From Perkinsela sp. CCAP 1560/9 (lineage: Eukaryota > Protista > Euglenozoa: Kinetoplastea), in contig CBFFSA010000007.1 of NCBI GenBank assembly GCA_965644495.1, positions 434,001-498,000 on the forward strand: 64,000 nucleotides of DNA, read 5' to 3'. Of the stretch, positions 11,459 to 23,104 are shown in pieces. The position numbers were made by a program, and so were the translations under genes. A model generated the notes under the pieces. It ran no database searches. It was not told the origin of the DNA and saw only the letters and a program-made list of their open reading frames with translations. Position 1 is the first letter of the stretch. Each line of letters starts with the position of its first letter.

Positions 11459-12865
11459 ATGTCATCTATCCTAGGAATTCGACGGAAAATACGTAAGCCC
11501 CGGCACGCCGAAACCACCGGCAGGTATCTAGGCTTCGAACACACCCCTCTCCCCGCAGCTGTACACAAACACCCAGACACCTTACTACAAAATTGGACCC
11601 CCAATGCTCCACCCACCCTTCCATCCCCGAAACCTCACCACCCCCGCACCTGTCATCTCCATATCCTCAATCTCTTAAAACACAAACCTCCCTTCCCCTC
11701 CGCCCCCTCCCTTCAACACTACCTCGACTGGGCCCACCCCCCCACCACCCCCTCCCCCACCCCCTCCCTTCTTCTCCACGAGTGGCATCCACGAAATGCC
11801 CCCCTCACCCCCACCGCGGTCCCCTACCACAGCGCACGGTTCCTTTGGTGGAGCTGCGCCACGTGCTCCGCGCCCTACCTCGCTCGGGTACGGCACCGCA
11901 CGCTTCTCCGCGGCCCCCACAGCCCCGCCTGCCCGCGCTGCGTTGCGGCAACCCACAGCCTGTGTCTCACCCACCCCACGCTCGCGGCCGAGTTCGCCGG
12001 GGCCCTCGTGGACCCGCTGTCCGGGGATGCGGTGGGGGCGCTCGGGGTGGAGGCCCTCACGGCGCTGGACATGGCGGTGGCGCGGTGGGGGTGTCACCGG
12101 TGTGGGACACGGTGGTGGGCGGCGGTGGTGGAGCGCGCGGGGGCGGGGGGGATGGAGGGGGGGGAGGGTGGTGGTGGTGGTGGTGGGGAGGAAGAGCAAG
12201 GTGGGGAACAAGGACGGGAAGGGGGGAAGGGGGGAGCAGAACAACCGATGGATTGTCCCACGTGTAGGGGGAGTGCCCCGAGGACGGGGTTGGTGGCGGG
12301 ACGAGGGGTGGGGAGTGTGGGGGGGAAGAGAGAGGAACCGGCAAGGCTTGTGCCAGAGAAACCGTGTGAGAAGCCACAGCTGAGCGTTCCGGAAAGTGAG
12401 TCGTGTTCGAACCCCATTTTTGCGAATAGCATGTTGCTGAATTACCCGTTTTTGTACCAAGAAATGGATGAAAAATATTATCGCCACGTATCATGGAATC
12501 GCTTAGCGCGGATATCCATCTTCTCGCGCGAACTAGCTCGTTGGATATGTATTCGGTGCTCTAAGTCATACGCGTCGTCTCCATTCGAACGAATCTTTTC
12601 GTCGAACAAGAGTGGTAGAATACCAACGCGAGAGGGTCAAAAAATACGAATGCGTGACCTTCCCATATGCTGCCCCAAATGTCGGTGGACCTCTGGATAT
12701 GATCCTCTTGAACCTGTTTTGGGTCAAGAACAGACGGAACCTAACACACCCGCACCGAACTTACATAAAGTCAGTTGTCGCAGTAAGCGTGTCCCGGGTA
12801 GGTCCAATCCTTCATTCTTCAGTAGACGGTCTTACCCTCGGTGGGTTGATGATGCTGTAAATTGA
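11459..12865 (+). CDS. Protein with repeated treble-clef zinc-ribbon (DUF4379-like) domains
   Basis: Three W-x-CxxC...CPxC units (WWSCATC..CPRC, WGCHRC..CPTC, WICIRC..CPKC), each preceded by an HPxLxxE-like segment. First ATG at 11459. Confidence 0.75.
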   Translation: MSSILGIRRKIRKPRHAETTGRYLGFEHTPLPAAVHKHPDTLLQNWTPNAPPTLPSPKPHHPRTCHLHILNLLKHKPPFPSAPSLQHYLDWAHPPTTPSPTPSLLLHEWHPRNAPLTPTAVPYHSARFLWWSCATCSAPYLARVRHRTLLRGPHSPACPRCVAATHSLCLTHPTLAAEFAGALVDPLSGDAVGALGVEALTALDMAVARWGCHRCGTRWWAAVVERAGAGGMEGGEGGGGGGGEEEQGGEQGREGGKGGAEQPMDCPTCRGSAPRTGLVAGRGVGSVGGKREEPARLVPEKPCEKPQLSVPESESCSNPIFANSMLLNYPFLYQEMDEKYYRHVSWNRLARISIFSRELARWICIRCSKSYASSPFERIFSSNKSGRIPTREGQKIRMRDLPICCPKCRWTSGYDPLEPVLGQEQTEPNTPAPNLHKVSCRSKRVPGRSNPSFFSRRSYPRWVDDAVN

Positions 12866-13114
12866 CATGAGCAGCAGTAGGCAAGACGAAGGGTGGTCTC
12901 CGTGTGCTGTACTATACTACTGAAGAATGTACTAGTTAGGGGGGACCTTCGATGTGTAAGCATTGAAAGTTGTAGACTACGGATCTGCCTTCCTCTATTT
13001 CTTCCCTAGGTCTACGTATCCTTCTATGGGCCCGTATCCGTATAGTTCTATGTTACGAGTTTTTATTTTCATTGGAGTTATTTCTCTTTAATACCACCTC
13101 TTTTGTAACGGAAA

Positions 13115-13693
13115 ATGAATTCGAAACGATCTGGTAAACCGAAAGAGGATAGGCACAAGCTTGATAAGGAACTAAAGACTCTTCATTTCCAAGCTGCTAA
13201 TTTAGATCGCAAGAACTGGAATAAAAAACAAAAGCGTGACCACGACTGGAAGCACTTTGAAAGTTTGGGAGGCGGTTCAAGGCCAAAACAACGGCAAGGA
13301 TACGTTGAGCACTTACGACGCACGCACAAAAGAAACCGGCTTGACCGCGAAGACGCAATATGCGAACGCCGTACAGGCCAATATGACCTTACAAGGGGAA
13401 GCGCCGTTCGCCGTCTTCGTCAAAAAGTCCAGAAGCGCCGTGTTAAAGTAATTAAGCGCCTTAGATACGAATCACATCATATGGGAAATCCGCATGTGAT
13501 CTACACGGCAGGACGATTAAACAAGAAGAGCCAGAACTTGGAACTTTCATCACGGTTGCAAAGGCGTATTGGCAGAACTCAAAATCATCAAGATGTCATC
13601 TTAGACAAAGTTTGTCGGGACATGAAACGGGAAACTTTTTCTGGAAACTTTCTCTCTGGGAAACAAAGTTCTGTCTACAGAAAAAAAAGGTGA
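13115..13693 (+). CDS. Basic protein, possibly small-subunit processome assembly factor (Faf1/DUF4602-like)
   Basis: K/R-rich 192 aa with an LGG..PKQxxGY pattern. The family assignment is tentative. Confidence 0.55.
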   Translation: MNSKRSGKPKEDRHKLDKELKTLHFQAANLDRKNWNKKQKRDHDWKHFESLGGGSRPKQRQGYVEHLRRTHKRNRLDREDAICERRTGQYDLTRGSAVRRLRQKVQKRRVKVIKRLRYESHHMGNPHVIYTAGRLNKKSQNLELSSRLQRRIGRTQNHQDVILDKVCRDMKRETFSGNFLSGKQSSVYRKKR

Positions 13694-13807
13694 CGTAGAT
13701 AAAGAAGTTTATGTCTATACCTCTTTATTCCGTACGTGTATACTCTGGGTTTGCTGCGAATACATTGAATTAGATGCCTTAGGAACATGCGTACATGTAT
13801 ACTAATA

Positions 13808-13886
13808 TGATATTAGTATTGTGATATTAGTATTGTGATATTAGTATTGTAATATTAGTATTGTGATATTATAATATCACAATACT
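13808..13886. repeat. 14-bp tandem repeat (TGATATTAGTATTG) x~4.5 ending in an inverted copy
   Basis: Read directly from the sequence. Confidence 0.85.
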
Positions 13887-14057
13887 TTATGCAGGGAAAT
13901 ACACAATGTTGTATGCAGCGACGGTTTAACTCGAGTTTTTTCAGAGTGTAACGGCTTAAGAAGGTCATAAAATAGTAATTTGTATTAGGATGGAGTACAC
14001 TATTGCGAATATCGGACAGAAACAATTACTGCATTAGTGCTATAATACTTTATTATC

Positions 14058-17000
14058 ATGGCTAAAAAGATACGTAAGGTTGGACAGCGCAAGTCCAATT
14101 CGTGGAGTCCTGCTACGCCAAATGCCAGTACAAATAAAAGCGTTAAAAAAGCGCAACACAAAACTACGGCAGAAAAGAAAAATCAGCGTACTCGACGATC
14201 CGAAAGTGTGACCAGCAACGAAAAACATATAATTCAGGAACCAGAAATGGGATATGATGTGTCACCAACACCAATATCCTTGATAGAGGTACTAAACTCT
14301 TCTGCCAATGTCACGATCATTGCGACCGAGCTGTTTAACCTTTTAATCAACCCTGAGAAACCGCAAGGGGAATCTCAAAAGCGTCGGCGCTCAAAAAGCA
14401 ATGACATTGGCCCATCACAATCAATGACCTCATCTTTGGATAAAGTACTCGCAGCACTAGTGAATCTTCTGTGTCGTGCCTGCGGGTCAACAGTTGAACT
14501 GGAGCTATGGCAAGTGCAACAGGACGATATTCAATCTACTTTGGAAGAAGTCTTTTTGCGTATTGATCCCACTGCAGAAGCGTACCTCTTAGTCAACAAA
14601 GATTCAAAGTACAAAAACATTCGCAAAAATTTCTCGCCTTTTTGGCGTATTTTGGTAGAACGGAGTACCGAATATCACAAACTTGTCCAACTGCTCGACC
14701 GTTTGAGTCCCTGGATCATATCCATGAGTGATAGTAAGAGTCGAGCGTTCCGGCATACTGCGACATTGTGTGCTTATTCAATTATTTCTGGATTGAGCAG
14801 TGTGCTGCGCGAAGCAGAGGAGTCGTTGTTGACAAGTCGGCGACCAGCAGATGTGAGGACTACTATGCAGGAAATTACACGAATAATTCTTGAGCTATTT
14901 CGAGATGTTTTTACGATGCGGGTACGCGACTTGTTCGTGGAGCTACGTATTGCTACCATACGTTTTCTTCAAGACTGGATGTGTGAGTTTCCTTCACAAT
15001 ATGTCAAGCCTGAATACGCCAAAAATTTGGGGTTTTTGCTTCATGATCGCAAACCTGAAGTACGCCACGCTTCATTAGAGGCATTAATCAGCGTGTATTC
15101 CATGGATACAGAAAGCATCACGCCGATGGATAGATTTACCGAAAGATTTCGAGAGCGTTTCGCCGAAATGACTCGAGACGTTGACCCAAATTGTGTCGAA
15201 GCGGCCCTTCGTCTGTGTTCACTGGTGCTAAAATGCGATCACAAGCAGAATCGACTTGACGAAGACGGGACATATGATCGCGAAAGCTTGAATCAGATGT
15301 TGTCGACGTGCTTTGCTGAGACCGATAAAGTGAGAGGTTCCGCCGGTACGTTTTTGCGGCAAGTGCTTCGAATCAATACTTCAGGTTATCCTATCTTGGA
15401 AAGGGAACAGAAACAAGTGGATATGCTTTTGGGATTTGTTACTGAGGCAAGAGACGACAAAGGAATAGCCAATGCCGCCAGTTACGTAGTAGATGCTCTA
15501 TGGAACGTTGCTAGTAGTGAGCATTTGAGCCAGAAGCGCAAAGCAAAGGAGGAACAAGGTTCTGTCACTGCTTCGGCCGCCGTTTTGCAAGTTGCACAAA
15601 GTTCTTCTGCCGAAACACCAATAGCACGTAGCGCTGTAGAATTGTTGGCCGCTACAATGGAGAAGCTGAACGGCAGATTAATTTTAGTACGTGATCGGAA
15701 ACCGACACTGTCAAAGCATGAAAAAGTGGGCCAGAAGTCCTCCTCAGATATGTGGCTTACACTCAGCGTGTCATGCACAACAGTGGTCCTCCATGGTATT
15801 GATTTCCATAAATCCGAAACATCGATGCTTATAGCTACTTCCAGATTGTTGAAAGCAATGAATATGCAGGCGTGGGAAATGCAACATATGGAAAAGCGGT
15901 TCAAGTCGGTAATCGAGTTCTTTTCTAACATAATCATGAATACGACGGACGTAGTGTTGCAGAGTACCGTAATTCAACTATTTCACGAAATTAAGGACTC
16001 CACAGCAACTTCCTCTTTAGTAAATATGGAGAATATATTGAAAAAAATATCACGCTCTGCTGTACGAGAAATGAGTGAGCTTACGAGTGACGAATCGACT
16101 GATAAGAAACTGGTGTTATGGAATCGAGCCAATGCTTTGTGTGATATTGATAGTATGGAGGGCCTATTACCGTATGCTCAGAAATGGTTAAACGCTGCCA
16201 ATAAAGATGATCATGAGGAATCGAAACCTGTTCCACTGGATCAAGATTTGTCACGATCGATCACTCTTTCTCTTGAATTAGAAGATGACAATGCTATTCA
16301 ATCCGCTTGTACAAAACACTATGTGCCCTTAATTCGGCTTAACGATATTGCGCTTCTAGAATGTGTCACAAGCTGTGCGTATAAGTGTGTAATGTGGCAC
16401 CTTTCGAAGGGAAACCAGGACACATGCAATGCAACGGAGATCTGTAAAAGCCTTGTTTATCTGATGAGCAGGTTAGAATCACAGAACTCTGCGTCAGCAT
16501 CCTTTCTAACGGTACATATTTTGGTCTACTTATCGGATTTAGCTTTGATCCCGCGATCCACAATTTCCGATATCGTGAGGTCCGCGATCCGCAAAACGTT
16601 TTCTCTCGTTTGCGCAATTTTAGGAGAAATGTACAACGAAAAGAAGAAACGTATTGCTGAACTATTGAGCGTGAAGGTATCTCAAGAAGTTTTGAAAGGA
16701 ATGGATGATCACGCAGCTGAAATCACGGATCTCCACGAGGAACAACTCCGTATCGAGTACGAATTATATTGTCTTACGGCAGCTATGTACCGGCTTGTTA
16801 ATTTTGGTGTCCTAGGTTTCGAGGATACTACAATGATTTTGCAACATTGGACCAAGGTTCCTTGCAAAACTTCTACTGATACCATGAAGGACTTGTTTCG
16901 CGCGGCTCGAGCGAACGCTGGTCAGCGACCTGGGGTGAAACCTTATGAGCTAGAACTCGGAATTGTACTGCAAGGGTTTCAAAGTGCTGTTAGTCAAGGT

Positions 17001-17837
17001 GAATCTCCATTCGCAGTAGATGCGTTTCAAAGCCTTTGCTCTAAGCTGTCGCAAACCCACTTTATGCCGCATTTAGATAAATATTATTCCGTAGTACCAA
17101 ATCTAATTCAGGAAGTTGTAAAACTCGTGAGGGAATCACCCGAGACCAAAGGTCTCCTAATGCTAGGCGTATCATCTTTTATTTCTCGTTTGCGAATACA
17201 GGATGCGACGCACTTTTTGAAAGTCATAAATCCAGGCGACTTTATGAGCGTTGCTCCAGCATACAAAGCTGTCTTTTTGGGGGCACTGCGTCGTGTTGCT
17301 CATCAAGGTCCGAGAGATCAGGCGAGCGAAGGACAGGTCGATCGAGAACATGACGATGAGGGCGAAGATTTCCTGGCCAATGAAATTATACTTCCAGAAC
17401 GTGACGCAAAAACTTCTGAGGAAATTACGTATGGGCGACAGGTACAAGTTACACCAGCACGCAGTAAGCCCAAAATTGGAAAACGAAATAACCGCAAAAT
17501 ACAGAGAACGCCGAACGCCCATATTACCGAAACAGGATGGCGGTCGCGAGATCGAAATCATCTCAAAGGTCAAGATGAACCAGCACTCACGTTTACTTCA
17601 ACTCCTGTCGAACTACAAGAGGCTTCTCCTAGTTTCGGGTATGAAACTGGATTCACTGAAAATAATCTAATCAATACAGTTGCCAAACCCGTTACTGCGC
17701 TGGAATCTACACACTCAAAGGGCCTGCATGAACTTGATAATGCCACCGAAACTAACACTCCGAATCAAACGACAGAAACAGTGCCTATGGAAGAGAGTTC
17801 CGAATTTTTTGTAGAATCTCAACTATGGGCCGATTAA
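14058..17837 (+). CDS. SCC3: Cohesin subunit SCC3/STAG (stromal antigen)
   Basis: STAG motifs SMSDSKSRAFRHTATL, VFTMRVRD..ELR, LGFLLHDRKPEVR and FTERFRERFAEM; 1259 aa. Confidence 0.93.
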   Translation: MAKKIRKVGQRKSNSWSPATPNASTNKSVKKAQHKTTAEKKNQRTRRSESVTSNEKHIIQEPEMGYDVSPTPISLIEVLNSSANVTIIATELFNLLINPEKPQGESQKRRRSKSNDIGPSQSMTSSLDKVLAALVNLLCRACGSTVELELWQVQQDDIQSTLEEVFLRIDPTAEAYLLVNKDSKYKNIRKNFSPFWRILVERSTEYHKLVQLLDRLSPWIISMSDSKSRAFRHTATLCAYSIISGLSSVLREAEESLLTSRRPADVRTTMQEITRIILELFRDVFTMRVRDLFVELRIATIRFLQDWMCEFPSQYVKPEYAKNLGFLLHDRKPEVRHASLEALISVYSMDTESITPMDRFTERFRERFAEMTRDVDPNCVEAALRLCSLVLKCDHKQNRLDEDGTYDRESLNQMLSTCFAETDKVRGSAGTFLRQVLRINTSGYPILEREQKQVDMLLGFVTEARDDKGIANAASYVVDALWNVASSEHLSQKRKAKEEQGSVTASAAVLQVAQSSSAETPIARSAVELLAATMEKLNGRLILVRDRKPTLSKHEKVGQKSSSDMWLTLSVSCTTVVLHGIDFHKSETSMLIATSRLLKAMNMQAWEMQHMEKRFKSVIEFFSNIIMNTTDVVLQSTVIQLFHEIKDSTATSSLVNMENILKKISRSAVREMSELTSDESTDKKLVLWNRANALCDIDSMEGLLPYAQKWLNAANKDDHEESKPVPLDQDLSRSITLSLELEDDNAIQSACTKHYVPLIRLNDIALLECVTSCAYKCVMWHLSKGNQDTCNATEICKSLVYLMSRLESQNSASASFLTVHILVYLSDLALIPRSTISDIVRSAIRKTFSLVCAILGEMYNEKKKRIAELLSVKVSQEVLKGMDDHAAEITDLHEEQLRIEYELYCLTAAMYRLVNFGVLGFEDTTMILQHWTKVPCKTSTDTMKDLFRAARANAGQRPGVKPYELELGIVLQGFQSAVSQGESPFAVDAFQSLCSKLSQTHFMPHLDKYYSVVPNLIQEVVKLVRESPETKGLLMLGVSSFISRLRIQDATHFLKVINPGDFMSVAPAYKAVFLGALRRVAHQGPRDQASEGQVDREHDDEGEDFLANEIILPERDAKTSEEITYGRQVQVTPARSKPKIGKRNNRKIQRTPNAHITETGWRSRDRNHLKGQDEPALTFTSTPVELQEASPSFGYETGFTENNLINTVAKPVTALESTHSKGLHELDNATETNTPNQTTETVPMEESSEFFVESQLWAD

Positions 17838-18361
17838 GGCGAAAGCGGGATACGTACGCAAAATTGAGCTTTAAGTTCACCAAGCAATAAAAAGTACATG
17901 TAAATGTATTGAGTTTTGACCTACATGAAGAATTGGAACGGTATTTACTGACTGACTAGTGAGATTTATGAAATAATTTATGTGTTCGGCTTGAATTTAT
18001 TTTATTCATAGGTTTTTTAATTATGTCACCTTTTGAATCACACGATCAATTTGCGGTGTACAGGATTCCCACAGAAACTTGTAGTATACAAGTTTGTAAA
18101 ATAGTTGTGATTGAAAAGCAAGATTTTATACGGTTGTGTAGTCAGATGAACGGACCATTACGTTCACTGGGAGCTGGCCATAAATGAGTGTGCCGAAAGA
18201 AGAATATCAGAAAACTGATTAAAGCAGTGATGTACGTATTATATGTGCATGACACATATGGTACTGCATGATGCTATAAATTATAGTGTCGCATCGAATA
18301 ATACGATTCAGCATATTGTGTTATTCTTTTTAGAACTTTCCTTGAACTATACATCTTGAGT

Positions 18362-18910
18362 ATGACTGCCTACGACCGTTTCTCTCTGCTGGACTTGTTT
18401 AGTCTAGGACTAACGAACATTGATCGTTTGACTGAAACGTATTCCGTCGGATTCTACGGGCTATATTTGACACAATGGCCAGAGTGTTCTATAATTGCTC
18501 GTCATTCAACCTCGGGCCAAAACATGGGTTACGTCATAGGAAAGGTTGAAGGAGAAGGAGAAGATTGGCATGGTCACGTTTCTGCAGTTACGGTAGCTTC
18601 ACCATTTCGAAGACAAGGTTTGGCACGACTTTTGATGTGTTATATCGAAGCGGTTTCAGACAAACTTCACAAGGGGTACTTTGTAGATCTTTTTGTACGA
18701 AAATCGAATAATACAGCTCAAATCATGTATGAAAAGCTAGGTTACATAGTTTATCGGCGAGTCTTGAAATATTACCAAGGCTCTAAAGAGATTTCTGATG
18801 AGGATGCGTTGGACATGAGAAAACCAATGACAGCCAACACTTCTAGGAAGAAATCTGCTGTTATTCCGTTAAAGCATCCAATCTTGCCTCACCAGCTTGA
18901 GTGGCAATAA
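18362..18910 (+). CDS. NAA20: NatB N-terminal acetyltransferase catalytic subunit
   Basis: NIDRLTETY, YLTQWPE, GKVEG..WHGHVSAVTV, FVDLFVRKSN and EDALDMRK. Confidence 0.95.
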   Translation: MTAYDRFSLLDLFSLGLTNIDRLTETYSVGFYGLYLTQWPECSIIARHSTSGQNMGYVIGKVEGEGEDWHGHVSAVTVASPFRRQGLARLLMCYIEAVSDKLHKGYFVDLFVRKSNNTAQIMYEKLGYIVYRRVLKYYQGSKEISDEDALDMRKPMTANTSRKKSAVIPLKHPILPHQLEWQ

Positions 18911-20038
18911 TCTTTCAATGCAAGACAATGATTATGTAGTACGCGAAACTGAGCTGCGGGCGTCAACTTAGAGGCATACTTCGCAAAGGAAAATGTACCG
19001 CCCATTGAGTTTTGTACATTATCGTTTTTTTTGTTAGCATTTTTTCTGAATGTCATCTCAAGCTCCACCCTGCAAAATGCTCCCGATGTTTTCCACAGTA
19101 CGTTGCGTCCTTTCACGCCGCTGAAAAAAAATTCCTATGTTTCCTCAAGAGTGTGCGGCTTGAGGTGACATTAAACAAGTGCACAAAAATAATAATAACC
19201 TTTTGTCTCTTTGCTTTACATTCCACCAATTTCTGTTTTTGTTCGACTGGTACCGACGCTGGGTACGATAGCTCGGCGAAGGGTTTTGTTTCATAAAATT
19301 ATTGGACATTGTTCTCACTAGTAAGCATGTTTTTGTCTTCCAAGCACTACGTCTACATCTCTAACGAACGTTTTGCCACGGTTTGCGTAGAACGCCGTGA
19401 AATTTCTTGTGCTCAGGGCGTGCCCATGAGCTAGGTTGACTAATGTGTGCGAGAGACTGTATTTTATGGCTCGGAGGCACAAAGTCATTGCTCAAACCGT
19501 GAGATGCAAAAGTGGACATTCACAAACCGTGTACGTTACGAAGAGGGCGGTGGGAGGTCAGCCTTCTGACCTGGCTTGAGCACTGCAAGCAGTGTTCCGA
19601 CTCCCATTATGAGCTGCGCCACGATTAAATTATTGCTTAACGCAATGGGCAGCAAAAAAGGTAGCAATGCAAAAAAAAGTATGGTGTATAAAATATATTC
19701 CAATTTACCTGTACGTTGCAATATGGCTCTGATAAGGGTGTAAAACATTTTCATAATGTTTGCTACAATGGGAATAATTGTGGTAAATGCTCCACAACGT
19801 TTTGTATTTGTCATCCGCAACGGTAATTAAATTATTTATGAATGTTGATTATTACTAAACATTTTCGAAGGGGGACACAAAAACGTATCGTATTGTCTGT
19901 TTAACCGCATACAATGTAGTACAACTACGGTGAATCACTTCCGCTTTAAAATTTCTTTTTGTACACCATGTAGCTTAGGAAAACGTTCTCGCATATTGTA
20001 TATTACCATTCTGTGTTTATTAGCATTCAGCTTTGTCA

Positions 20039-21460
20039 ATGTCTAGTAGTCTTCTCCAGAAAGAAGCTTTGCGCAATGCTTCGACCATAGCAAATGATCT
20101 ACGTTTATTTTTGCACCGCGCCGTCACCCCGTTTCACGTGATTAAAATCGTAGCAGAGATGCTGCGAGAGGCGGGGTTTTGTACAATGCAGAGTACTGGT
20201 ACAAATACCTTATGTGCCTCTAATTTTTTTATGACAAAGAACGATTCAGCCTTGATTGCAGTGGCACGCAGTGGAAAATACAATCCTAGAAATGGGGCGA
20301 CTATTGTTGCAGCCCACACAGATTCTCCTAATTTGATGCTTAAGCCTAAGAGTATAATTTCAAATCAATCCTATGAATCTGTCGCTGTGCAGTGTTACGG
20401 TGGAGGCCTGTGGCACACCTGGTTTGATCGAGACTTGAGTATCGCGGGACGAATGGTTTTGGAAAACCCAGAGACCAAAGAATCGAAGTCACGGGTTTTA
20501 TCTACACATTTGGTTGATTTACGTCGTCCAGTCTTGCACATTCCGAATCTTGCTATTCACTTGCAGAGCTCAGAGGAACGTGAAGCCTTTCGCTTCAACA
20601 AGGAAAAACATATTCGTCCAGTCCTATGCACTGCTCTTTCCAAAGAAATCAGCGGTACAGAGCTACCCCAGGGAGGAAAACATGATTCAGGGCTGCTACA
20701 GGAACTTTTGGGGCAATGCGACAAGATTTCTGAAAATGTTGCTGTGTTGGATGCTGATCTTATGGCATATGACACTGCTGCCCCAGGACTTATTGGGCTG
20801 TATGGTGAATTTCTTCGCTCAGCACGCTTAGATAATCTTGTCAGTTGTTACTGCGCGGTAAAGGCTCTTATTGACTCGTTGGATACAATCGAACAAGAGA
20901 ATATGGCTCGTATTGTTGTTTTGTATGACCACGAAGAAGTAGGCTCTGCATCGCTCAGTGGAGCTCACGGAACGCTTCTTCAGGAAATTATACCATACCT
21001 AACGCATTCCAACGTTTCCAGCGAGTGCATTATAAACAGGGATGATTTCTTAAAAAGATCTTTTTGTATTTCTGCAGATGGTGCCCACGGACTTCATCCG
21101 AATTATCCGGATAAGCACAATGCAGAACACAGTCCTTATTTGCAGGGAGGACCTGTATTAAAGCACAATTGCAATATGCGTTATGCAACGGATGCCTGCG
21201 GTGCATCTGTAGCACGACTGATCGCTAAAAGCGCAGAGGTTCCCCTACAAGATTTTGTTGTGCGCAACGATAGTTCATGTGGTAGCACAATTGGACCTAT
21301 CCTGTCTTCGCAAACAGGAATACGCACGGTGGATATTGGAGTTCCTATGTGGGCGATGCACAGTATTCGTGAAACGTGTGGTATTATGGACGTGTTTTAC
21401 TTGCATAAATTACTAGTAGCGTTCTTTTCAGAGTATGGCACTATATCCTGGACGTCGTGA
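20039..21460 (+). CDS. DNPEP: Aspartyl aminopeptidase (peptidase family M18)
   Basis: AHTDSP, YGGGLWHTWFDRDL, RLDNL, DHEEVGS, CGSTIGPI and MHSIRE. Confidence 0.95.
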   Translation: MSSSLLQKEALRNASTIANDLRLFLHRAVTPFHVIKIVAEMLREAGFCTMQSTGTNTLCASNFFMTKNDSALIAVARSGKYNPRNGATIVAAHTDSPNLMLKPKSIISNQSYESVAVQCYGGGLWHTWFDRDLSIAGRMVLENPETKESKSRVLSTHLVDLRRPVLHIPNLAIHLQSSEEREAFRFNKEKHIRPVLCTALSKEISGTELPQGGKHDSGLLQELLGQCDKISENVAVLDADLMAYDTAAPGLIGLYGEFLRSARLDNLVSCYCAVKALIDSLDTIEQENMARIVVLYDHEEVGSASLSGAHGTLLQEIIPYLTHSNVSSECIINRDDFLKRSFCISADGAHGLHPNYPDKHNAEHSPYLQGGPVLKHNCNMRYATDACGASVARLIAKSAEVPLQDFVVRNDSSCGSTIGPILSSQTGIRTVDIGVPMWAMHSIRETCGIMDVFYLHKLLVAFFSEYGTISWTS

Positions 21461-21796
21461 CCCAACGGTTCAGGGTATGCACACTATTAAAAATAGCCAA
21501 CGTTACTTTAAATCCAGTTCTGTAAAACTACAGATGGTACATGAAGTGAACATGCGGCACATATTGGCTTCCATGGAGTCAAAAACTTACTACTACGATA
21601 AATTAGGTCAGACAAAATAAGGCAAATTACCTTCAAATCAAAGCTAGACTAGCTTATTATACATGAGCACTAGCCTAGTACCACTGTATTTTCTTGATTA
21701 CGAATTACTTCACTGGAATTCTATAGGAATTTACATGACAGACACAAAGACGTGCACTCATCCTTAGGTTTCTCCCTACGATATTAAAAAGGCTTC

Positions 21797-22705
21797 ATGT
21801 TATCCCGCAGCGCTCGAAGACACTTTTCTAGGCTTGTTGTCTTTGGCGGTGGCACGCGCGGCGGTGGGATTGCTCATCTTTCAGCTGCCCACGGAATGGA
21901 CGTAACGGTCGTTGAGGCAACACGAAGTCTTTCGGAGCACTGTGAACGAGCCGTACACGAATGCTTACGGAGGACAGCTGAGCAAATGGCAGAGACCAAT
22001 GTAGTCGGACATGAGGACTACGTGGAACGGGTAAATTCAAAGCTCAACTTTACAAGTGAAGGTATAGAGGCCGATCGAGTCACAGAGCAGGCCGATCTTA
22101 TCATTGAAGCAATTGTGGAAGATATGGCCAGTAAACGGAAGTTATGGTCCAGGTTAGATGGACTTGCTCCCCCTGAATGCGTATTTGCATCAAATACTAC
22201 ATCATTGTCTGTGCGCTCGCAAGCGGAGGCCACGAATCGACCTCAACAATTTTTGGGTCTACATTTTTTCCCACCTATAGTGCTTATGAAACTGGTTGAA
22301 GTTGTTAAGACTGAACAAACCTCCGAGAACGTGTTAAATCAAATTCTAGAATACGTCAAAGATATCGGCAAAGAGGCTGTTCTATGTCGCGACACGAAAG
22401 GGTTTATCGTTAACCGACTGCTAGTGCCTCTAATCCTTGAAGCAGCCCGTATGGTTGAGCGTGGTGACGCTACTAAGGAAGATGTGGATCGGGCTATGAG
22501 ACTAGGCGCCGGTCATCCATTGGGACCCTTTGCGTTGTGCGACAACATAGGTGTGGATGTAATTTCCAATATTAACAAAGCGTGGCATCAAGAAAGCCCA
22601 GGCGAAAGTTTGTTTAAAGTTGTTTCACTCATTCAAGACACTGCTTCTGAAGGAAAATGGGGCAAAAAGTCAGGAGAGGGTTTCTACAAATACGTTAAAA
22701 AATAG
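21797..22705 (+). CDS. HADH: Short-chain 3-hydroxyacyl-CoA dehydrogenase, probably mitochondrial
   Basis: Rossmann GGGTRG, IIEAIVED, FASNTTS, GLHFF, GFIVNRLL and GAGHPLGP. N-terminus MLSRSARR resembles a presequence. Confidence 0.93.
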   Translation: MLSRSARRHFSRLVVFGGGTRGGGIAHLSAAHGMDVTVVEATRSLSEHCERAVHECLRRTAEQMAETNVVGHEDYVERVNSKLNFTSEGIEADRVTEQADLIIEAIVEDMASKRKLWSRLDGLAPPECVFASNTTSLSVRSQAEATNRPQQFLGLHFFPPIVLMKLVEVVKTEQTSENVLNQILEYVKDIGKEAVLCRDTKGFIVNRLLVPLILEAARMVERGDATKEDVDRAMRLGAGHPLGPFALCDNIGVDVISNINKAWHQESPGESLFKVVSLIQDTASEGKWGKKSGEGFYKYVKK

Positions 22706-23104
22706 AAGGCTATGTCGCGTAATGCTAAATCTTAAGTTGACTTGGGTTTGCTGTCAGAGAATTTCGGTATTTTAATAATCGGAAACATGATCATGCCTCA
22801 TATTCGTGACGTTTCCGTTGAAATTCGTCACTATGACTTTGTGCATAAAGTTCTCCTGGAGAAATCGGAATGCAATTGCACTTCATACAGTTGACACCCC
22901 TGTATATTCTTTCTTTAGGTATGTACTTTAGGTATACTTTATATACAGTTTAAGTATACAGTACTATATAAAAATTCTAATCTATATAAGTTTAAAATGA
23001 AATATTTTCTTGATTCCATTGTGACTGCGGTATCAACTCTGTTTTCGTGCGCGCTCTATGATACTGATTTACTCCAACCAATGCACAGCTAATTCTTTTT
23101 TGTG

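Noticed and set aside
11593-12494. Multiple long overlapping ORFs on both strands
   Set aside because: Artefact of the stop-poor GC island. Only the 11459-12865 frame has coherent zinc-finger motifs.
19405-19510. Possible single-hairpin AGA-box (H/ACA-like) snoRNAs
   Set aside because: Hairpins followed by AGA exist, but pocket geometry and spacing do not fit well and no rRNA target could be tested.
19536-19820. Hydrophobic minus-strand ORF
   Set aside because: Short, antisense to the cluster and without a recognisable motif; unsupported without expression data.
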